From: a virus
Lineage: Duplodnaviria > Caudoviricetes
Length of the DNA stretch: 52,229 nucleotides
IMG/VR virus record: IMGVR_UViG_3300038406_000260
Location: 1-52,229 of that record
Reading direction: 5' to 3' (one strand)
Positions 46,203 through 52,229 of the stretch are shown here, piece after piece (the stretch's first letter is position 1; each line of letters starts with the position of its first letter). The notes beneath the pieces are model-generated. The model was given only the letters and a program-made list of their open reading frames with translations, was not told the origin of the DNA and made no database searches. The position numbers were made by a program, and so were the translations under genes.

Positions 46203-46693
46203 GAGCGTGTCCTCTCTGGTTGGTCGGCTGCGAGCGTCTCGGCGAGCCGGCACAGCGGGTCGACCGGCTCGCCCCGCAGCCGGTGCCGGCGCGCCCCGCC
46301 CGGGCTGCCGCACGGCCCCGCCGGCGGCCGGTCCCGCAACGACGCCCGCTGGCAGCCGCGGCCGCAGTACCGCTGGCTGGGGCGGCGGGGGGCGAACAGC
46401 GCCCCGCACTGCTGGCAGGTGGCCAGCGCCCGGCCGGTCCGTTCGGCCGGGGTGCGGCCGCCCCACACGCCCGAACGTTCGCCGGTGTCGACCGCCCACC
46501 GCAGGCAGGCGCCGGTGACGGGGCAGCGGCGGCAGATGGCGACGGCGGGCCGCACATCGGGGTGGCGGCCGGAGGCACCGCGTTCGGCCGCGATGGGGAA
46601 AAACGTCTCCGGGTCGACGTCCCGGCAGGCGGCGTGAGTGCGCCAGTCCGGGTCGCGGGGGGCGTGGGTGGTGTTCAGCTCAGGCAGACGCAT
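46199..46693 (-). CDS. whiB: WhiB-family transcription factor with extra C-terminal Zn fingers
   Basis: W...AAC...DPETFFP...CRRCPV...C....GVWGG.T..ER. Confidence 0.88.
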   Translation of the reverse strand: MRLPELNTTHAPRDPDWRTHAACRDVDPETFFPIAAERGASGRHPDVRPAVAICRRCPVTGACLRWAVDTGERSGVWGGRTPAERTGRALATCQQCGALFAPRRPSQRYCGRGCQRASLRDRPPAGPCGSPGGARRHRLRGEPVDPLCRLAETLAADQPERTRS

Positions 46694-47137
46694 CACGGCC
46701 TCCCGTGGGCCGTCGGGCAGCCGGGGCGGAACATCACTCCGGCGGTCGGACAGGTGCAACCCGGCCAGGCGGTCTTCCGCCAGCCGCCGGCGGTGAGCGC
46801 CTCCAGCACCGATACGGCAACGGCGGCACGGGTGATCTTCTTGCTCGGGAAGCGCCAGAGAGTATCGGCCACCAGCTTCACGTCGGCGTCGGTCCACAGT
46901 GGCTCAGCCATCACCGCCACCCTTCGAGGTCGTCCTGGCTTCGGCGGGTGGCGACCGGGCTGCCGGCGGCCAGCATCAGCGTCCGGCAGATCCGGCCGTG
47001 GAAGATGGCGCTCCGGTGGGTCCACGCCCGGCCCTCGATCTCCCCGCCGCCGGGGCGTCGGACGATCCACAGCCACCGGCGCCAGTACCCACGGAGGCGG
47101 ACGGTGTGGAGGGTCAGCCCGCCACGGCTGTCGACGA

Positions 47138-47332
47138 TCACGACCCGGCCTCCAGCTCCGAGCACTTCGGGCAGTGGAACCGGTCGCCGCCGTCCGCGGT
47201 CCAGTCGTATACATCGACAGCCTCGTCCACCGCGACCGACCGCTCGCCATACGCGGCGAACTCGCCATACTCGCACCGGATACCGCAGTTGTCGCACTCC
47301 ACCCAGTAGTAGGGCGCACTCTTAACCGGCAT
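47138..47332 (-). CDS. Small Zn-ribbon protein
   Basis: CDNC...W.....CPKC. Confidence 0.55.
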   Translation of the reverse strand: MPVKSAPYYWVECDNCGIRCEYGEFAAYGERSVAVDEAVDVYDWTADGGDRFHCPKCSELEAGS

Positions 47333-47666
47333 CGTCGGTCCTCCCGTTGGCGGCGATCTCCCGGTCCAGCAGGGCGAGCTCGGCCGCGGCCCGGGCGTGC
47401 CGCTGCGCGAGCGTCTCGGCGGGCATGCCGCACATCAGGTTGAGGGTGACGGCCCCGCCGGCGAGGGTGCCGGTGGCGACGTGGATGTCGACCCCGTGGC
47501 CGCGTGAGCGCACGCCGGCGGGGATGCCGGCGGCGCGGGCCGCCGCGTCCACCGTCTCGGGGTGGCCGGCCGGGTAGTGGAGGGTGATGGAGGCGGCGTC
47601 CGGCCGGTGCTCGTCCAGCAGCCGGCCCAGAATCAGCCCGGTGGTGGCGATCAGCTGGCCGCTCAC
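47322..47666 (-). CDS. Hypothetical protein
   Basis: Coupled ORF. Confidence 0.5.
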   Translation of the reverse strand: MSGQLIATTGLILGRLLDEHRPDAASITLHYPAGHPETVDAAARAAGIPAGVRSRGHGVDIHVATGTLAGGAVTLNLMCGMPAETLAQRHARAAAELALLDREIAANGRTDDAG

Positions 47667-47825
47667 CGGACGGCCCTGGTGAGTCGGACGTGGGCTTGGG
47701 TAATGCGCACCAGCCGCATCATGTCGCTGATCCCGTCGGCGCCGAGGGCGGCGCCGACGGCGTCGGCGAACTCCTGGTAGTGGCCGAGCAGGTCGCGGCT
47801 GCCCGGCCCCGACCGTGGGTCGGTG

Positions 47826-48350
47826 CTAGGCTCGGGCTGGCTGTTCATGGCAGCTCCTTTCGGTGATGTGCTGGCCCCGCCCTCGGGCGGGGCTGGTGTG
47901 TGTCTGGTGGCGGCCGTCAGCGGCAGGGGCAGCGGCCGCCACCAGAGAGCCGCCCCGCCCGGGCTGGGCTGTGACCCGGGCGGGAGTCAGGTTGGCGAGT
48001 GGCGGGTCCAGGTAGCGCCACTCGATCCGGGTCACCTCGGTGGTGGCTTGGCAGCGCATGTGCCGGCAGAAGAACTCCACGAACTGCCGGCCGGTCATAA
48101 CCGGGAAGCCCTCGCGTTCGACCTCGCGGTCGTCGAGCTGGATCATGTACAACGGCTCTGGCCGCACCGACACGACCTCGACATCGGTTAGCCGTACCAG
48201 CGGCTCGCCGGCCGTGCGACCTTGGACCTTCCGGCACAGGGTCAGCCGGTCACCGGGCTTGAGGAATCGCCAACCCAGCCGGCGGGTCACCGTCTTTCGC
48301 CGGTCGCGGACGGCCTGCTCAGTCAACGCGACGGACATGAGCCGGCTCAT
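47826..48350 (-). CDS. ASCH-domain protein
   Basis: KTVTRRLGW..LKPGD...EREGF....FVEFF. Confidence 0.75.
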   Translation of the reverse strand: MSRLMSVALTEQAVRDRRKTVTRRLGWRFLKPGDRLTLCRKVQGRTAGEPLVRLTDVEVVSVRPEPLYMIQLDDREVEREGFPVMTGRQFVEFFCRHMRCQATTEVTRIEWRYLDPPLANLTPARVTAQPGRGGSLVAAAAPAADGRHQTHTSPARGRGQHITERSCHEQPARA

Positions 48351-49221
48351 GCCGCACCTCGCACGGGCGCCCGGCCGGGTGTGTAGACCACCTGCCGCGG
48401 GCGGGCGGGCAGCTGGGTGCCGCCGGTGCGGTGCCGGCCGGCGGCGGACCCCCGGGGGAAGGGGGGGCCCACCACCGGCCGGCCGTCCCACCCGGCTTCC
48501 ATCCGGGTGGGAGTGTGGGCGGCGCCCGCCCCCGCACCCCAACCAGGGGCGGGCGCCGCAACCCCGGCTGCAACCGCGACACCTGACGCGGGAGCCTGGG
48601 GGTCCACCCGGCGGACGTGAGCCGGGTGGGGTATCAGAAGCTGGGTGACGATGAAGCCGGCGCCGAGTAGCGGGATGGGGCCGGCGACCAGCAGCAGCCA
48701 CAGCCCGACGCTGGTGCCGGCGACGGCGCCGCCGATGGCCAGGGTGGTGGGGTGGGTGGCCCACACGGCAAGGCGGCGGCGGATCACGACGCACCACCGT
48801 GCGGGCAGCCGGCCGACAGCTCGGGGACCACGCCCATCCGCTCCATCCAGCACCGGTCACACATCGGACCCAAGAACCGGGGGGCCGGCGTGTACTGGGC
48901 CGCTGTGGACATCGCCGGCTTCAAGCTCATGATGCCGAGGACGCGGCAGATGGAGCCCGGCTGGAACATGGCCGAGACGGTGATGGCCACGGTCACCACC
49001 CCGCCACGTGGATGATGACCAACGCCACCGCCGATGCTGCGGCGAACCACAGGCTCAGCACTGCCCAGCCGCGCAGGTGCCGGGCCAGCGTCGGGTCCCG
49101 GCGGATCACTGGGTCACCTCGATGGTCGACCGGACCACAGCCCGGTCCGTGGTGATCTCGTCCACGGTCAGCGTGGACACAGTGCCGTCCTGCATGGCGA
49201 TGAGCAGCGGCTCCCGGCGGA

Positions 49222-49518
49222 TCATGACCCACCGCCCGGGGTGGCGCGGCGGGTGGCGATCAGCTCTCGCCACGCGGCGGTGAGCGGTCCGTAGTCGCCG
49301 CTGATGCCTGACACATTGAATCCCAGAGGGATCGCGGCGCCGGAGCTTAGTTCGTGCCGTGACAGGAATTCCACGTACAACCCGGCGAGCTGGCCGCCGA
49401 CGCACCGGATGCAGCTTTCGAGGTCGAGCGTGTCCAGGTCGATCCGGTCGATCCAGCCGGGCTCGTGCTCGTCCAGCCAGGCGGCGCCGGCGGCGACCCG
49501 CTCGGCGATGCTGCTCAT
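49222..49518 (-). CDS. Phage hypothetical protein
   Basis: ERVAAGAAWLD...PGW..RID...L......CV.GQL. Confidence 0.6.
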   Translation of the reverse strand: MSSIAERVAAGAAWLDEHEPGWIDRIDLDTLDLESCIRCVGGQLAGLYVEFLSRHELSSGAAIPLGFNVSGISGDYGPLTAAWRELIATRRATPGGGS

Positions 49519-49995
49519 GGCGTGTCCTCTCCGGTGGTGACGGAGCGGGCAGCGGCCAACCGGGCGGCCAGCTCCGTCCGCTGCGCGTGACCCTCCGGGG
49601 TGGCCCACAAGCCGTCCAGCTCGACCAGCCCAGCGGCTACCGGGTCGCCGCATCCGTCACGATCGGGACGGTGGGCGTCGAACCCGCCGAGGTTGCGGAA
49701 GGTCCGGCCGCAGCATCGGCAGTGGCACTGGCCGGCCTGAAGGTGCAGCGTCGCGCTCATGGCGACAGCTCCTCTCCGGTGGTGGCCGGGTCGATCCCGA
49801 CGATGACGGTGACGGTGGCCAGCCCGCCGCCGGCGTACAGCGGATGCCCGTCCGGGTCGCGGCGGGCGCGGGTGACCTGTAGCCAGCCGCCATCCCGGTC
49901 GGCGCGGATGGTCAGGTCGAGCAGGTCGGCGGGATCGACCCCCCAGGCGGTGAGGGCGGCGGTGAGGGCGGCGTGGGGGATGGCGACCGGGTCGC

Positions 49996-50184
49996 TCACT
50001 GGACTGCCTCAAATTCGGAGGTGTGCATCCAGTCGTCGCCGAGCCCGCCCGGGTCCTTGAACCGGAACGTCTCGGGTCCGAACTCGCATTCGTCGCCGTC
50101 CTCGCAGGTGCCGATCTCCAGCACTTCGACGACGACCGGGAAGTCGGGCATCTGCACCTTGTCGCCGATCTCGAACTTGGCCAT
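49996..50184 (-). CDS. Small acidic protein
   Basis: GAGGAG RBS; KFEIGDKV. Confidence 0.6.
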   Translation of the reverse strand: MAKFEIGDKVQMPDFPVVVEVLEIGTCEDGDECEFGPETFRFKDPGGLGDDWMHTSEFEAVQ

Positions 50185-50236
50185 GTCAACTCTCCTCAGT
50201 GGTGTCGGTGTAGGGGGATGGCGACCGGGTCGGCGC

Positions 50237-50572
50237 TCACGGGGTCACCGCCTCGGCGTAGCGGGCTACCGCCTTCTCCAGCTCCTCCACCGGAACCCGG
50301 CCCGGGCGGTAGTCGCGGGCGAATCCGCGCGGCGCCTGCGTGATCGTGCCCTCGGCGTCGAACCGGAAGTAGTCGGACTTCTCGGTCGTCGTGCCGCCCC
50401 GAACAGAAGAACCAGCGTCGACCCGAATCGAGTAGGTCCCGTCACCCCGCTTCCGCACCGCCGGGTAGGTGGTCAGCCCGTTGATGCCGTACAGCTGGAA
50501 CGGCACCAGCCGGAACCGCTTCTCGATCTCCGCGAACTGGATCACCCGCGCCGGCTTCGCCTTCGCTGCCAT
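50237..50572 (-). CDS. Hypothetical protein
   Basis: AAGGAG RBS. Confidence 0.65.
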   Translation of the reverse strand: MAAKAKPARVIQFAEIEKRFRLVPFQLYGINGLTTYPAVRKRGDGTYSIRVDAGSSVRGGTTTEKSDYFRFDAEGTITQAPRGFARDYRPGRVPVEELEKAVARYAEAVTP

Positions 50573-51332
50573 GTCACTTCTCCTTGGTGGTGGGGTGGTT
50601 GAGCCGGCGCAGCAGTTCGGCCGCCGGGGTCAGATGGTCCGAGAACCCGGTGGTCTCGTGCGCGCCGAGCCGGTCGGGGCGGGGGTCGTGCCGGTCGGGC
50701 TGCTCTCCGGCGCGGTGCCGCAGCAGCAGCCACGGCAGCATCAGCAACGTCAGCGCGCAGCCGGCGCGGGGCGGCTTCCCACCGCCGGTGCGGCTGGCCC
50801 GGCCGGCGAGCTGCCCGGCGCGGTAGGCGGCCACGTTGTCGTGCTGGGTGGCGCGGGACGGGTCGACCCGGTGGGCGCGGCTCACGACGTCACCGCCGGC
50901 TGCTCCGAGCCGGGGCACCAGTTGGCGCCCCGGCTGGGCAGCAAGTGGGCCGGCAGCATGGTTCCGGCGACGACCGGCCGCAGCAGCTGCTGGCATTGCG
51001 GGCAGCGGACGGTGGGGTCGCCCAGGAGCTGGGCGATCCGCGCCACCGCTGCGTCACGCACGCGCACCCTGGACCGCTTGCTGCTCACTCGGGCACCTCC
51101 CTGGGTGCACCGATGGAGCCGGCGGTCTCCCAGCCGCGCCAGGGGAAGCAGCGTCGGCACAGCTCCTGCCGGCGGGCCGAGCCGGCGAGCCGCAGCGGCT
51201 GGTGGCCGGTGTCTACGCCGGTGGCTGAGCACAGGCCGCGCCAGTCGGTGAACCGCGAACCGTGCTCGTTGGTCCAGCGGCGGACTTCGGTGACGGCGTG
51301 GACGGGGTAGCCGGCGACCGGCGTGTTCGCGC

Positions 51333-51587
51333 TCACCGGGGGCTCCCGGCGGTGGCAGCCTGGGCGGCCTGGGCGTCACGGAGCATGGCGCAGGCGAAGA
51401 CGGTCGCGACCGTCTCGCGCGCGAGGTCATGCAGCCCGATGTGGTAGAGGATCCAGAAGGCCTCGGCCGGATCCTCGCCGTTGTCCAGCCCCTCCTTCAG
51501 GTCCCGGACGTTTTCGGTCCAGGCCTCGGCGTGTGCCGCCCGGATCTGGTCGACCTCGGCGCGGAAGGCCGGCGTGAACGCGCTCAC
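51333..51587 (-). CDS. Hypothetical protein, paralogue of 51748..51975
   Basis: Shared G.DP...F..LY...ATVFA.A.LR.AQAA. Confidence 0.6.
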   Translation of the reverse strand: MSAFTPAFRAEVDQIRAAHAEAWTENVRDLKEGLDNGEDPAEAFWILYHIGLHDLARETVATVFACAMLRDAQAAQAATAGSPR

Positions 51588-51747
51588 GACCCCACCACCT
51601 GCGGCGGCCGCAGCATGTGCGCGGGTGTGTCCGGGTCCATGCACCAGCAGCCGCAGCCGGGCTCACCGCAGGGGTGGTGGTTGTCCACGTCTTCGTGGCA
51701 TTCGGGGCAGGGGACGGTGTCACCGGTGAGCGGCTGAGGGTCGCGGA

Positions 51748-51975
51748 TCATCGCACACATCCCGCGGCCTGGGCTTCGCGCAGCAGCGCGAAGGCGAACA
51801 CAGTCGCCAGCCGGTTGTGTTCGATGTCGCGGCCAGCCAGGTACAGGGTGTAGAACACGGTGGTCGGGTCGGCACCGTCAGCCAGGGTGGCCCGCGCCTG
51901 ATCGACGCTGTCCGCCCATATCGGCTTCATCGCCGCCTGGTGCTGGTCCAGCTTGGCGCGGTCGCCCGGCTTCAC
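51748..51975 (-). CDS. Hypothetical protein, paralogue of 51333..51587
   Basis: Shared G.DP...F..LY...ATVFA.A.LR.AQAA; GTGA coupling. Confidence 0.6.
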   Translation of the reverse strand: MKPGDRAKLDQHQAAMKPIWADSVDQARATLADGADPTTVFYTLYLAGRDIEHNRLATVFAFALLREAQAAGCVR

Positions 51976-52229
51976 CGCGCACCGCCCGCCGGCTCAGCGG
52001 GCAGCATGGGCCCGACTTGCCGCAGCGCCCCCCAGGCGGCACCGTACCGGTACGCCTCGACGGCCTGCGTGACCAGGTATCGCAGGTCCGAGGTCGGCGG
52101 CAGGCCGCCGTTGGCCAGCCGCGTCTGAATCTGGGCCAGCTGTGCGGCGGCCTCCTGGATGGCCCGGACGGTGTTGTCCCGCTCGGACCGGACCTCCTGC
52201 TCGAAGGCGCGGCGGACCTCCGCCGGTGG
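51972..52229 (-). CDS. Hypothetical protein spanning the origin (ATG at 136; MALPPAEVRRAFEQEVRSERDN...EPAGGAR)
   Basis: Open frame across the circular junction; start overlaps the stop of 136..933. Confidence 0.75.
   Translation of the reverse strand, partial: PPAEVRRAFEQEVRSERDNTVRAIQEAAAQLAQIQTRLANGGLPPTSDLRYLVTQAVEAYRYGAAWGALRQVGPMLPAEPAGGAR

Larger units (their letters stand above)
1..52229. mobile_element. Complete circular temperate actinophage genome (HK97-type head, siphovirus tail), about 52,102 bp unique
   Basis: Packaging, head, tail, lysis, integration and replication modules all present; 127-bp terminal overlap; no recognisable host genes. Confidence 0.93.

Noticed and set aside
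52103-52229. Biological terminal repeat
   Set aside because: 127 bp matches a common assembler k-mer, the repeat falls mid-gene, and the packaging genes point to cos ends elsewhere
1-52229. tRNA genes
   Set aside because: No cloverleaf recognised by eye; tRNAscan-SE or ARAGORN would be needed to exclude them

Overview
The window is an apparently complete, circular ~52.1 kb temperate siphovirus-type phage genome of a high-GC actinomycete. The host group is inferred from GC content, WhiB, DUF6221-like genes and leaderless promoters. Bases 1-127 repeat at 52103-52229 as an assembly overlap, and one ORF reads through the join. Modules: cro/repressor/tyrosine integrase (1-2.9 kb), accessory region (3-6 kb), lysis (6-8.7 kb), tail (8.7-17.5 kb), neck/head appendage plus a glycosylation cluster (15-26 kb), HK97-type head and packaging (26-33.6 kb), and replication/recombination/early genes (34-52 kb). 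Main observations: (1) a group I intron carrying an endonuclease VII-type homing nuclease splits the major capsid gene; (2) four glycosyltransferase genes, an NDP-sugar epimerase and a methyltransferase are embedded in the structural operon beside a 908-aa repeat fibre and an Ig-domain-fused neck protein; (3) an operator-controlled promoter drives a ~445-nt, heavily structured, apparently non-coding RNA; (4) a 12-bp-phased cluster of DnaA-box-like motifs lies upstream of the replication genes; (5) the tail chaperone has a -1 frameshift site; (6) short direct repeats sit at gene boundaries. Protein calls come from motif recognition and synteny only; no searches were run.
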